Origin: Eledone cirrhosa
Lineage: Eukaryota
Assembly (NCBI GenBank): GCA_964016885.1
Contig: OZ024741.1
Location: 145,700,001 to 145,764,000 of the forward strand
Length of the DNA: 64,000 nt
Reading direction: 5' to 3'
Both the position numbers and the translations under genes were made by a program. Under the pieces are notes generated by a model. The model saw nothing but the letters and a program-made list of their open reading frames with translations, was not told the origin of the DNA and did no database searches. Positions 25,455 to 39,058 of the stretch are shown one piece after another; the first letter of the stretch is position 1; each line of letters opens with the position of its first letter.

Positions 25455-27290
25455 TGAATTGGACAGTGAGGGTCGACCCCATACAGACCCTATTGAGGGA
25501 CCAATCATAAAAGTTGACAGCAATATAATAGGTAAAGCAATTAAGGACATGAAGGTAAGGAAAGCAGCTGGACCATCCAGTATAGTCACTCAGATGCCAA
25601 AAGCACCTGTCATGGTTGGATACAAGCTAGTTAGACACATAGTTAAACAAGTAGTACAGGATAGTGTTATACCCAATGACTGGCATAGCAGTGCCATTGT
25701 AAACTGCTACAAGGGCAAAGGGGATTCACTAGAGAGAAGTAACTACAGAGGCATCAAGTTAGTGGAGCAGGTCATGAAAGTTACCAAAAGGGATATAGCA
25801 CAACAAATCAGTGAGAGAATCAAGTTAGATAAGATGCAGTTCGGATTTATGCCAGGTGGGGTATGACTGGTGTCCTCTTTCTGTTGAGATGATGACAGGA
25901 GAGGCATTTAGCTAAGAGTAAACCACTGTAACTAACATTTGTGGAAGTAGAGAAATCCTTTGAAAGGGTCTATGCTCTATAATCTGGGAGGCACTTAGGA
26001 AGCTTTTGAAGGCTGTGCAGGCCATGTATAGAGTAGCAACCAGCAGTGAGAGTTTGCAATGAGTACCATGATGAATTTGAAGTACAGGTGGGAGTTCACC
26101 CGGGATCAGTCCTCAGTCAACTGCTGTACTTCAGGCCATTACTGAGGAGTGTAAAACTGGCACTCCATGGGAGCTCCTTTGTGCTGATCACCTAGTCCTC
26201 ATAGCAGAGTCTGTAGGAGAGTTAGAAGCAAAATTTCAAGCATAGAAAATGAATCTAGAGATGAAAGGCTGAAAAGTAAATGTAGCGAAGATGAAAGTCT
26301 TAATAAGTAAGAAAGAAGACAGAAAAGTGATACCATCAGGAAATTGGCCATGCTTGATATGTCAGAAAGGGGTGCGTAGAAACTCCATGAGGTACACACA
26401 ATGTAAATTATGGATGCACAAGAGATGTAGTAGGATTGCAGGTAGGCTAACGGAAAAGATAGACTTTATAAGCAGCAGATGCACAGAAGAAGTAAGCACA
26501 GACAGCACATGAAATAGATTCCCTGAGCTGCCAGGTGAGCTCTCTAGAAATTGTGCACAGCTTTTTAGTACCTAGGCCATCAAATTAGTAGTGGGGAATG
26601 ATATGCTAAAAGTGATATAGCTAGGATAAGAACAGGCTGGAAGAAGTTCAGAGATCTATTACCACTGCTAACAACAAAATGCTTTTCTCTGAGTGAAGAG
26701 TATACTATGCCTGTGTGAGAATCATGATGTTACCTGGCAGTGAAACATAGGCCTTGACTGCAGAAGACTGCAGAGGATAGAAATAAATGAGTCAAGTATG
26801 CTCCGATGGATGTGTAATGTTAGTGTGCATGAACAACATAGAATAATCAAACTGAGGAAAAAACTTGGCATGAGAGGAATTGGATGTAGAGTGCAAGAGA
26901 AAAGATTGCATTGGTATGGATATATGATGTGCATGGAGGATAGCAACTGCATAAAGAAATGCAAAGAAACCCCAGTGACTGCGACCCATGGCAGCCCCGG
27001 GTAGACATGGGAAGAGGTTGTAATGACCAGCCTTAAAAAGATAAAGCTTACAACAGAAATGACTAAAGGCTGCGAGTGCTGGTGCTATGCAGGGCTGAAG
27101 AAGACCCGACATGTAGTATACAATGTGACCTGACCTCCCCTCCTCCTTCACTAGCACTCCCTAACAGTTATTCTTAACTTCACTACTTCAACCTTACAAC
27201 ACACAAACACATTCCTAGCAGCCCCCTCCCCCTCGTGAAGTGGTTGGTGATGGGAAGGGCTTTCAGCCATGGAGAGCTTGCCAAACAAAC
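25455..27290 (+). mobile_element. Old, multiply disrupted RTE LINE
   Basis: ORFs 25264 (NCYKGKGD..NYRGIKL), 26291 (WPCLIC..WMHKRC) and 26798 (RLHWYG). Confidence 0.9.
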
Positions 27291-27738
27291 AAATGAATGG
27301 TCAGGCAGACCCTTCAGTCATTTTTATGGACCTGACAGCCTCTATAGTGTTGATGATCTACATGATAAACACACCCATTACATGCAGTTCTCTTCACTGA
27401 TTTCCTCAGAATCTATTAAACAACTCTTCGCCTTATATGGTTGTGTTCTCAACTCATCTAAACTTCTATGTATATATATATATATAAAAAAAATATTGCT
27501 CTACATGGCTGAATGCAATAAGCGTAATCTGAGTTTTTCGTATATTAATAATAATATTCGATTCGTTTGCAATTATGTAAACAAGCCTCATTTTTAAAGC
27601 CATATCAGTAGAATGGGCCCCTCATTCTTGCTCTTGTGTTGGCAGTCTGCTAATATACAAATCAGGCCGATCGCTCACTGTATATTTTAGAAAATATCAT
27701 ATATTTTCACTAGCTCTGACAGTTGGCAGGTGAACAGT

Positions 27739-27788
27739 GAATTGTACTGATGAAAGGTAATACCCAGAAACATTAGTGTCTGCAGTTC
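27739..27788 (+). ncRNA. Type I hammerhead ribozyme (GUC site)
   Basis: gaattgta-CTGATGA-aaggt aat accca-GAAA-ca ttag tg-TC-tgcagttc. Confidence 0.78.
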
Positions 27789-27857
27789 TCTTTACATGCC
27801 AACACAAGAGCAAGAATGAGGGGGGGGGGCTCATTCTACTGACATGGCTTTAATAAT

Positions 27858-28020
27858 TGTTTCTACGTTAGGCACAAGGCCAGCAATTACCCAGTGTATT
27901 ACTGGTACTTTATTTTATCGACCCCGTAAGGATGAAAGGCAAAGTTAACCTCGGCGGGATTTGAACTCAGACTGTAAAGGGACGTAACTATGCTAGAAAG
28001 CATGGCGTCCAACCCTCTAC
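27858..28020 (-). mobile_element. SINE family S1, 5'-truncated, 15-bp TSD
   Basis: TSD catggctttaataat at 27843-27857 and 28021-28035. Confidence 0.9.
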
Positions 28021-28171
28021 CATGGCTTTAATAATGAAGATTGTTTGTATAATTGCAAACGAATCAAATTTTATTATTAATATTCGAAAAACTCAGATGA
28101 CATTTGTTATACATATATATATAATAAATATAATGTATATAATAAATGTAATCTGAGTTTTTTGAATATTA

Positions 28172-28359
28172 ATAATTGTTTCTACTATTGGCACAAGGCC
28201 AGCAAATTATCCAGTGCATCACTGGTACTTTATTTTATCGACCCCGTAAGGATGAAAGGTAATGTTAACCTTGGCGGGATTTGAACTCAGAATGGCAACG
28301 GCCGTAACTCTATGCGTCAAAGCATGGCATCCGATCCTCTACCGATGCTGCCAATCCAC
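28172..28359 (-). mobile_element. SINE family S1
   Basis: Reverse complement of the 28796 copy. Confidence 0.88.
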
Positions 28360-28437
28360 TCAATTCGTTTGCAATTATGCAAGCAAGCTTCATTTTTAAA
28401 GCCATATCAGTAGAATGAGTCCCTTACACGCACACAG

Positions 28438-28469
<32 letters not shown>

Positions 28470-28475
28470 GCTTAC

Positions 28476-28506
<31 letters not shown>

Positions 28507-28593
28507 TATACATATATATATATATACATATATATACTTACATATATAATACTTTCATATGATGTGACAGGTGAGTGATGAATGAACTTTGAT

Positions 28594-28649
<56 letters not shown>

Positions 28650-28795
28650 TATATCTGTATTTTTAACCATTGGTCAATCAATGATAAACATTGATTGCCA
28701 GATAAATTAACTATGGAGATATAAAAGATACAGAATTGAAAACCAATCCAAACCAAACAGTGAGTGTGTTTTACTATTATTTCTGGCAAAAAAAA

Positions 28796-28981
28796 GGCGG
28801 TGGATTGGCAGTATCGGTAGAGGGTCGGACGCCATGCTTTCGAGCATAGTTACATTCCTTTACGATCTGAGTTCAAATCCCGCCGAGGTTGACTTTGCCT
28901 TTCATCCTTACGGGGTCGATAAAATAAAGTACCAGTAATGCACTGGGTAATTGCTGCCCTTGTGCCTAAAGTAGAAACAAT
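28796..28981 (+). mobile_element. SINE family S1, full length, 15-bp TSD, inserted in a solo Penelope terminal repeat (~28745-29030)
   Basis: Head tggcagtatcggtaga; B-box gagttcaaatccc; core gcctttcatccttacggggtcgataaaataaagtaccag; TSD tattatttctggcaa; flanks match ~33823-33900. Confidence 0.9.
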
Positions 28982-29026
28982 TATTATTTCTGGCAATATT
29001 ATAACAATATGACCCTCCCCAAGTAT

Positions 29027-29087
<61 letters not shown>

Positions 29088-29271
29088 AGCATATATATAT
29101 ATATATGCATATATATATATATATATATATATAAGCAAAACGGATATTCAATTTGTTGATAATGCAACAAATATAAATGTTTATAACTGATTCAGAGCAC
29201 TCAACAAGTTTTCTGGAGTATAATATTCAATGACATTAAATAAATGGAAACTATATTTATAAAAAAATATT

Positions 29272-29332
29272 TATTCTATTATATATATTTCAAGGGTACC
29301 AAAACTGTGGTATGCTTTCATCAGATAAAATA
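29272..29332 (-). ncRNA. Type I hammerhead with palindromic stem III
   Basis: tattttat-CTGATGA-aagcatacca cagttt tggtaccctt-GAAA-tatata-TA-atagaata. Confidence 0.75.
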
Positions 29333-29379
29333 CAATAAAATACATGCATATATATATATATATATATGCATGTGTTGTG

Positions 29380-29550
29380 ACGGTGTATGGCTTAGGGGTT
29401 AGAGAGTTGAATTCACAACCATGAGGTTGAGTTTGGTTCCCAGACCAAGCAATATGTTTATTCCTTGAGCAAGATACTTTATTTCATGTTTCTCCAATTC
29501 ACTCTGCTGTAGAAATAAGCTGCAACATCGTTGGTGCCAAGCTTTATTGT
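29380..29550 (+). mobile_element. SINE family S2 fragment
   Basis: tggcttaggggttaga..ccttgagcaagatacttt. Confidence 0.65.
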
Positions 29551-29677
29551 TCTTTACATTTACTAATGTTCCTATTGCATATATCTTCCTTGTCAGCTTT
29601 TCTATTTGCATCCCCCATCTCTTCCTCACCCCCCCTTCCCTTTCAAAAGTCCTTTGGTATCTTTTAATTGATAATCC

Positions 29678-29693
29678 TATATATATATGTATA

Positions 29694-29773
<80 letters not shown>

Positions 29774-29837
29774 CATATATATACATATATATATATACAT
29801 ATATATATATACATATATATATACACATATATATATC

Positions 29838-29909
<72 letters not shown>

Positions 29910-29940
29910 TATATATACAAATATATATATATATACATAT
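29678..29940. repeat. Long interrupted (TA)n tract
   Basis: Directly visible. Confidence 0.95.
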
Positions 29941-29941
29941 A

Positions 29942-31046
29942 CTAGCATTAAAGCCCGGTGTTGCTCGGGGTCAGTAAGTTACCAAAGTTAGGTTGCACCA
30001 CCCATTTTATGGCAGCACTTTTTTGTCTGCCAGGCACTGGGTGAATGAATTTCAGATATGGACTGCCGAAGCAGGAGCTGCGCCAGCAGTGACAATTCTA
30101 GTTTCGCCTATGGATATTATCTCTGTGCAAAGAAGTGTTGAAATTTATTGTTTCACAGTACTTGCGCAACACACGTGTAGATGATGCCAGCTGCAATGGA
30201 GTTGTTCTGCATGGTTGTCTAATGTGTGTTTTCTAAATTTCAGACAGTAGGGAGGGTTGTGATATGGGGAGAGTTGGCTGCTGTTTCTAGCAGGTTTAGT
30301 GACCTCATAGAGGATATGTTTTCTAAATTTAAGACGGTAGGGCGTGGTGTGATATGGGGGAGAGTTAGCTGCTTTTTCTAGCAGGTTTAGTGACCTCATA
30401 GAGAATATGTTTTCTAAATTTAAGACAGTAGGGAGGGGTGTGATATGGGGGAGAGTTAGCTGCTGTTTCTATCAGGTTTAGTGACCTCATGGAGGATATT
30501 ATTGTGTATAGTAAATGAACTGATACTTCTTTCTTCCACGTTCGTTGATAGATGTTTTAAAAAAGATTTATCGCTATTTTTTTTTGTTGTTGAATAAATT
30601 TATCTTATGCTTTTGAATAATTGTTGTTTCGTATGAAATGTAATAAGTTCTCTTTGTCATTGAAGTAAATATATGTTTGACAGTTCCACACTCAAAAACA
30701 AACGTTCTCTCTCTCTCCCTCTCACTCTCTCTCTCTTTTAAAGTTTGTAAGTTTAATCGTATATAAGAGAAAGATGCAACATGTATGTAGTTTTATCGAA
30801 TTTTAAGGGGGGTAGAGACAATTAATCAGATTGTATTAGAGGGGTAAAGCGTCATGTATTTAGTTTTATCGATTATTTCCGTAATTCTTGCAGAGTTTGA
30901 ATGAAATAAATAGTTGTTGACCTATTTTGAACCATTTACAACATTTTTACAGACTTTGAGTCGAATCTGTTTGAAATTGTGCAAATGTATAAACATGGAA
31001 CACGCACACACACACACAACAACAATCTGCCTTTTATAGATAATGA
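29942..31046 (-). mobile_element. Non-autonomous Helitron-like element
   Basis: Minus strand begins TC at ~31040-31046 followed by a (GT)n patch; ends with the hairpin cccgagcaacaccggg, 8 nt, then CTAG|T; embedded in (TA)n. Confidence 0.7.
30225..30500. repeat. ~90-bp tandem repeat x3 inside the Helitron
   Basis: ttctaaattt anchors at 30231, 30321 and 30412. Confidence 0.92.
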
Positions 31047-31564
<518 letters not shown>

Positions 31565-31820
31565 TAGTTTAGCGAGGATTTTTATATGAAATCGTGTGTC
31601 GAAACAGATATTGTTATACTTGGGGAGGGTCATATTTGCGTAATATTGCCAGAATTAATAACAGAACACACTCACTGTTTGGTTGGTTTTCGCTTCTCGC
31701 TGTCTTTTATATCTGCGATCTAACTTACTCGGTCCTCAATGTTGCCATTGACTGACCGACGGTCAAAAATAATACAGATACAATATAGACACAAACACAT
31801 ATATATAGTTTACATAATTT

Positions 31821-31862
31821 ACATAAATCTTTCGTTGCACATCTGCAACATCGTCAGTGGTG
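31821..31862 (-). ncRNA. Degenerate minimal hammerhead in the Penelope 3' region
   Basis: CTGACGA-t-gttgca gatg tgcaac-GAAA-gatt-TA; stem I pairs poorly. Confidence 0.45.
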
Positions 31863-32129
31863 TTATATTTTTTCCTCCTGTTGTGTTGTATGTCTACGCC
31901 ATTTTTTATTCAGTCTGTCTATATATTTATTTATTCATTTGCTTGTTTGTCTATTTTATTTTGTCTTCTTTGCGCATGCGTTTGCGTGTGTGTATAGTGT
32001 TATGTGTGCTGTGTGACTACTGTGTATAGTGTTGTGTCTGCTGGGTGACTAGTGTGTGTTTATGTGCTTGTTGTTATTGTGCTTGTGTATGTATTTATTT
32101 ATTTTATTTTATTTTATTTATTTACTTAT

Positions 32130-33746
32130 TTATACTTCTCTTAGGTCAGTGTTGTTTGTTTGGGTGTTGTTGTTGTTCCACTCATTCTTTCTGTTTAGCT
32201 TTGGTCTTCTAATTTCTATTTCACTGGCCTCTCTGATTTGCCTATCTGCTGGGTCATTCCTATGTTTCGATATTATTCTAATTTCTATGTTGTCTATGTT
32301 ACCGACATCTTGTTGTCTAGCATGTTCGTATAGTACTGACCCGTTTTTTCGTCCTTTTAGTTTCCCCCAGTGTTGTTCTATCCTTTCACCTATGCTACGA
32401 GCTGTCTCACCTATGTATGTTGTTGTCATGTTTCTGCAAGTACCCTCTGTACATCTTATGCTATAGACTACGTTTCTAGTTTTACAGTTTATCCAGGGGT
32501 TCACCTTACATATGATACATTTCCTATTGGTACAGTGGGTTTTCTTAAAAGGGTATGTTTTGCTGATCGGGGATTTTATGGTGGTTCCTGGCTTTTCTAC
32601 CACCTTTATTTTTAAGTGGGTCTTTCTCAGGGCCTTTCTACACTGGTTAGCTAATTTCCCTCCAGGGGTAGCGTCCACAAACATGACACTCTGATATCTC
32701 TGGTTGTCGTACCATGATGTGGCCTTCCCTATCTTATGTCTAGCCCTATCTAAGCTATTCCATGATTTGCTCCTGTATAGTGGGCAAATTCCTTTCATGT
32801 CCAGTTCTATGAGGGTCTTATACTTTTCCATGGCTCCTTCGTATACTCTGACTCTGTCTCTTTGGTTGTAGCCAGAGAACTGCATGCGGTTGATGAAGTT
32901 TTGGATGTGTCTTTCCATTTCTGTTGGGTCGCACATGCTGGACACATTCTTCATCACTCGTACCAAATCTGCGATCAGAATATTAAACTTAGCACTACTG
33001 GACATTGCTGAGTTTTTGAGTATCAGGTATTTGGAGGCCATGGGTTTAGCATAGTGTGAGTGGAGAATTTGGGCTCTCTCGTCTATAGTGTTAATCCAGA
33101 GTTCTGTGTCTAATACAGGTAGTCGATTGTTAGGGTGTTTGGAAGGGAAGTCGATAGTTACAGTTATACTCTGGTGTATGGAATTAGCTATCTGCTGGAT
33201 GCTTTCCATCGTGCTACGTTCTAAATCAAACTTGTTAGTGCTCTCTAGTGGGGGTGTTCTTATAACTATATTGATATCGTCTACATAACGAGAGTACATG
33301 ATGAGGTCTATGGAGCTTTCATTAAGGAGATCTTTAAGTCTCCTTTCCAACCATACCATGAAAAGGTTGGCAACATCACCAGCTATACTGACGCCGATGG
33401 CTGCTCCCTCATTTTGGGTGTAGATTTTCTCATTGAACTTAAATATGTGGCCCTTTAGGGTAGTTTTGATACTAGCCCCTATTGCATGTGCGACCATTTT
33501 TCTTACCTGATCACTGTTTTAGGGGGTCCGTATAGCTTTGGTCCACCCAATCCACCTTCCCATGGGAGTCTTTTTTGCCATTGAGGTTATGGTGGGGGGT
33601 CTACTTCTTATGGGTCTACTAGGGCAGAAACATCTAAGGTCATGGCTGTCTAGGTAGTCAGTGTCGTAGGTAAGTCTAAGTAGGAGGCCCAGTTCGTCTG
33701 TGTTGACGTCGCAGAACTCCACCTCACTCTCAATGATCATCTCCAC
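32130..33746 (-). pseudogene. Penelope-like RT plus GIY-YIG ORF, frameshifted near 33500-33520
   Basis: GAAIG..IAGDVANLFM, SRYVDD, LPVLD, NVVYSIRC..YIGETAR..ER..QH, PKLNRK. Confidence 0.9.
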
Positions 33747-33899
33747 ACATCTTTTCGGTCAGTGGCAACATTGAGGACCGAGTAAGTTAGATCGCAGATA
33801 TAAAAGACAGCGAGAAGCGAAAACCAACCAAACAGTGAGTGTGTTCTGTTATTAATTCTGGCAATATTACGCAAATATGACCCTCCCCAAGTATAACAA

Positions 33900-33960
33900 T
33901 ATATATATGTATATATATATATATATATATGTACATATGTATATATATATATATATGTAC

Positions 33961-34000
<40 letters not shown>

Positions 34001-34255
34001 TATATATATAAATATGTATGTGTATATATATATATGTACATGTGTATATATATATATATATAATATATATATATATATATAAATATGTATGTGTATATAT
34101 ATATATATATATGTACATGTGTATATATATATATATAATATATATATATATATAAATATGTATGTGTATATATATATATATATATGTACATGTGTATATA
34201 TATATATATATAATATATATATATATATATAAATATGTATGTGTATATATATGTA
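33900..34255. repeat. TA-rich tract with a higher-order unit repeated about 4 times
   Basis: gtacatgtgtatata...taatata...taaatatgtatgtgta recurs. Confidence 0.85.
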
Positions 34256-34356
34256 CGTAAATATCACCCCCTCACTCACAAAAGCGTGAACCTAATAAAC
34301 TCTTATTTGTACTGCTTCTCTATTTTTGTTCCTGTCTAAGATTTAACTATATATAT

Positions 34357-35494
34357 ATCATCAACATCATCATCATCATCATCAACGTTTAACGTCCGTG
34401 TTCCATGCTTGCAAGGGTTTGGACGGGGGTATTCCCACTTGAGGCAAGAGTGATTGTCTTGCTCGCACAGGACTGTCTGACAGGTTTTCTACAGTTGGAT
34501 GCCCTTCCTAACACCAACCACATTTACAGTGTGGGTCTGGGAGGTTTTTACCGTGTTGCCTACACGGCCACATTACAGCGTGGACTGTGTGTTTTTTCTG
34601 TCGTGACACCTACACGATCTCATTTGTTTCGGCCTGGATGGTGTGGCACCAACATAACTTTACATAGAAGGGGGTGATGTGGATGGGGTGGGGGTGGTGG
34701 GACGGGGTGTATTTTGTTAGAGATGCCTACTGGCTGTAGTAGGTTTTACTATGTATTTAGGTAAGGCGGGTCTTCTCTATTACTGAGTACCGCCAAAGGT
34801 CTCGGTCCAGTAACATTGTCTTGGAGAGGTGTAAGTGTGTGAGGTCGGAGTTTATCAGCTCGTCCCAGGTTTTTCTCGGTCTGCCTATTCCGTGGCTACC
34901 GTCTATCTTTATTGCCCTGCACTTTGTTATACAGCTATCGACTTTCATGCGCATCACGTGTCCATACCAACGTAGCCTTCTCTCGAGTAAACAACATCTG
35001 ATCCCTCTTATTTCTAATTTTTTCTTTAGTTCGTTTATGCTTTGCCGTTCACGTATATTACTATTACACATCCAGCGGAGCATGCAAGCTTCGTTCCTCT
35101 CTAGTCTGCGTATATCCTCTGCACACAATGCCCAGGTCTCACTGCCATGCAACATTACTGTTCGTATGTAGGCATCATACAACCTGCCTTTCATTTTTAG
35201 GGAGAACCCTTTAGCGGCTAATAGTGGTATAAGCTCTCTGAACTTTTTCCATCCAGTTCTGACTCTAGCTACTGTACTTTCAGAGCACCCTCCCCCACTG
35301 CTGATTTTGTCACCCAGGTAACGGAAGCTGTCCACTATTTCTATAGAGCCCTCTGCGCAGTTGTAAGAGCTAGTATTTTCTTGGCACTTGCTGCTACTTA
35401 TTGCACCAGAGCACCGGCCACATGTAAAATCTATGTTCTTAGTTAGCTTACCTGTGATCCCACTACATCTTTTATGCACCCATACTTTGCATTT
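34357..35494 (-). mobile_element. 5'-truncated RTE LINE (subfamily B)
   Basis: ORF 34757..35584 (CKVWVHKRC..FTCGRC, FRYLGD, RRLRWYGHV); (CAT)n tail; (TA)n on both sides. Confidence 0.93.
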
Positions 35495-36337
35495 GATATA
35501 TATATATATATATATGTCTATACGCACACACACATATATATATCGCTGTGTGTGAATATGTATGTAGGGTGTGCTTATAATCAAGACAGCTTAGTATAGG
35601 AATGAAGAAAACTAAACTACTGTTAAAACTTATCGGAATGTATTAGTGAAAAGATAAAGTAAATGTTTATAGGGTATTAAAACAAGTACAGTATCATTAC
35701 ATATCTATAGTCTGTGTGGGTAACAAGCTTGTCTTAGAACAACATGCTTTCAAGTTCAATCACATTATATATCAATTCGATCTTTGTGGCAAATAAAAAA
35801 AAATATATATATCCTTTCTGATGTTTCTTTGGGGTGATATTAAAACTAATGGTCTCACCACATTCCCTTAAATGGTCTAAAAGAATAATGAAAAAAATGG
35901 TAGAGAAATTTATCAACAATCAATATCTTCCTCTATATTCCTCCTTACCATTTTATCAGTTTCTTTTCCCCTTCATGTTTATATATATATTCCACTCTCT
36001 TGACCACCATGCTCTTCCCCTATCTACTACTATTGTTCTACATTCATCCTTGCCATCTACTCACACTGTTTTCGTTTTTATTTTTATATCCATGACCCTC
36101 CCCTTAACACTTATTACTACATTTCTTATGAAAGACACTGCCTATGATTTTTGAATTGGGTTGCTATCAAAGGGGTTAAAACAAAAAACTTCATCTAGAA
36201 GCTGGTGTAGTTTTGTTCAGATTAGTATCTAAAGTGTTAAACTCATACTCTTACTTGCATTTGCCTTGCAAGAAGATAAGCTATTTAAAAAGCTTAATAT
36301 TTAAAAAGCTTAATATATTTTAGGAAAAAGCAGCCAT

Positions 36338-36495
36338 GAGCACCAGGGTAAATTAGGCATTATGATGCCATCAACATCAAGTAAATAACTGCACTACCTT
36401 ATCTTAGCTTTTCTGTGACAGGGCAACCGTGGGCACCATAGTACATTGGGCATTCTGATGCCAACACTATCAAGAAAATAACTGCACTACCTTAC
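36338..36495. repeat. Degenerate duplication, ~92-bp period
   Basis: gcacca..ggcatt.tgatgcca..aaataactgcactacctta occurs twice. Confidence 0.75.
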
Positions 36496-37806
36496 TACCA
36501 ATACTCACATTTCTTCTTCCTTAAATAAATCTAAACATCCCAAAACAAAAAAAAAACAAAACTGAGCTATATGACATTACATATAGAACACATAGATCAA
36601 TGTTTGAAACATATTTTTTTCAAAGTCCCCATAAAATGCAGAGTAAGCTTATTGATCTATACAGATACAGTCAAAGAGAACATTAAAAATAGCTTTCCTC
36701 TGATTTTACAATATAGGTAATACAACTGTTATTTTCAGGGCATTCGAAGTCTATTTACAAAACATATAATTCTATAAATACATTTACAAATATTCTCTAT
36801 ACAATTTGTAACAAGGAAAAAATAAAGAAGTCACTTAAAGAAAATGGTGGTTCTTTTTATTTCATCATCATAATTACCATTTTACATCCACTTTCCATGT
36901 TGGTATGTGTTGGATGGTTCAAGACAAAACAGGTCAGAGAGAACATATTTTGTTCAAACGTTGCATATTTTGCATGGTTTCTAAGACTGGCTACCCTTCC
37001 TAACACCAAGCATATAGGGTGTACTGTGTTTTAAAATAGAACTAATACTAGAGTACTGGATAAACTCTTAATATCCTGCAATAGCATAAAATATATAAAA
37101 AACAGACTTACTATTTTAAATATTCATAGTATCTTTCCCAGTGGATAGATTGTTGTTAAAATTTGCAGTATTAGAGTAAACTCTTCACCTTTTAATGTGA
37201 TGAACACAAAGTGCTGTTTTATATTTTTCAAAACTGTCTGGCTAATGTGGTTTTATTTGGACAAGACATTATGTGTTAAAGTTTCACTATATATTGCTTT
37301 GTGTAGGTTGGACTACTACCCGCAACTTTGGTCTCCTGATGATCAAAGCTTTACATTCCAAAATGAAGGGATTGCAAAGATTTCAAGATAATATTCAAAT
37401 TTATTAAGAATTCATAAAACACAATTGAAGATAAGATGAGAAAGAGTGGAGGGATTCTACACCTTCAGCTGAAAAGCATATATCAACTGTGCTCCACAGA
37501 CAAAATGGTGAAAGTGTTGGCATTCCCTCACATCTTTCATTCAAACTCATTTGGCTCCTTACTCCAAATTTGACAGGGAAAAACAGTAGTCTAATGACAC
37601 TAAAGGCCTTAATGATGGCTGGCTCAAAAAGTAGTGTCTCTTAATTCCTGGTATTTGGTCATCTTTTCTCAGTTTTACAAGTTCCAATACTCAGGATAAT
37701 GAATTTTATTCCTCCAAATTTGTTTCTGTTCTTTCCTCATCTCACTCTCTAAATTTCTATTTTGTGTGTTAAACTAATATATTTCTTCATTGTACTGTGT
37801 TGTCTG

Positions 37807-37811
<5 letters not shown>

Positions 37812-37901
<90 letters not shown>
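37812..37901. repeat. (CA)n microsatellite
   Basis: Directly visible. Confidence 0.95.
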
Positions 37902-37904
<3 letters not shown>

Positions 37905-38413
37905 CTCTATATATATGTGAGGGAATGAGAGAGAATGGAAGAGGAAAACAGAAAGAGCAGAGAGAGAGAGATAGGGAGGGATTGAAATGAATGAAGACAT
38001 GAAGAGTCAGACAATAATTCTTATCTAACAAACACAGACTAATTCATTAGAGCATCAATTAGAGTACATCAAACTAAATTTGAAAACCTAAGAAAGATTT
38101 AATTATATTTTAAATCATATTTTCATGAATCTTTAGCTAATTTCTTTTATCAATAAGGAGAAATTGGAGAAAAAAAAAGAAATAACATCTAAAAAATTCT
38201 GAGTTGAGAGAAAAAGAGAGATTTTTAGTGAATGTGGCTGTCAGTGTTTGTATGTATATATAAGTGTATACAGGTGTGTGTGTGCGTATACATGCTAAAA
38301 AGATTGTGAAGCCAGATGGATGAGTGGTACACAAAATCTAGAATGTTCATTCTTTCCAAATCTTCTTAGCTCCATCTGTCTCTTCATGCATGCTTATGAG
38401 ATTGATGATAGAG

Positions 38414-38415
<2 letters not shown>

Positions 38416-38492
<77 letters not shown>

Positions 38493-38512
38493 TCTCTCTA
38501 TATATATATATA
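38416..38512. repeat. (CT)n(TA)n microsatellite
   Basis: Directly visible. Confidence 0.95.
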
Positions 38513-38621
38513 TTTATATTATTCAAAATGTTAACAAATAAAACATATTCGCATAATCAAAATATATACTTTATTATATATATTTCAAAGGTACTGGTTA
38601 TATATATTTACATATGTATAT

Positions 38622-39058
38622 AAAAGAAATAAGATTTCGCTTCAAGCATAGCTTTATACAATATGTATAGACATTTTGTATCTCCAAAGAAATAATGTTT
38701 TAGGAAGCCGTAGCTATGCAAACACCGTAGCTATGCAAAGACTGGTGATGTCCAGAAGAAGCAAGGGAGACAACCATCTATGCATTTCAGGCTTAACTGG
38801 CCTTCGTCAGGACGATCCAACCCACCGCTTGCGACTGCTGGACTAGAAGACAGCCGAGAATATATAGTTTTCTCGTCTGTGTAAATCAGGGTTCACTTCA
38901 AGCATAGCTTTATACAATATGCTTCAAGCGAAATCTTATTTCTTTTCTATTATAAGTTGAGCCAACTTATGCAGCTTCATATGCAAATGAGATTAATCAC
39001 CCGTTTGCATAGCTACGGCTTCCTAAAACCGTATTTCTTTGGAGATACGAAATTCCTA
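38622..39058. mobile_element. Rearranged pseudo-LTR-like unit with interlocking inverted and direct repeats and a hammerhead
   Basis: 38622-38650 mirrors 38918-38946; 38675-38723 mirrors 39003-39052; direct repeat cttcaagcatagctttatacaatatg at 38640 and 38896. Confidence 0.7.
38773..38816 (-). ncRNA. Minimal type I hammerhead with intact core
   Basis: atcgtc-CTGACGA-aggc cagttaa gcct-GAAA-tgca-TA-gatggt. Confidence 0.82.

Larger units (their letters stand above)
27524..28101. mobile_element. Inverted-repeat mini-element with a hammerhead in the spacer; right arm interrupted by a SINE
   Basis: 27524-27644 mirrors 27797-27857 plus 28036-28101; a third arm copy lies at 28148-28420. Confidence 0.75.

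Noticed and set aside
31565-31620. cgaaacagatattgtt, resembling a hammerhead 3' half
   Set aside because: No CUGANGA upstream.
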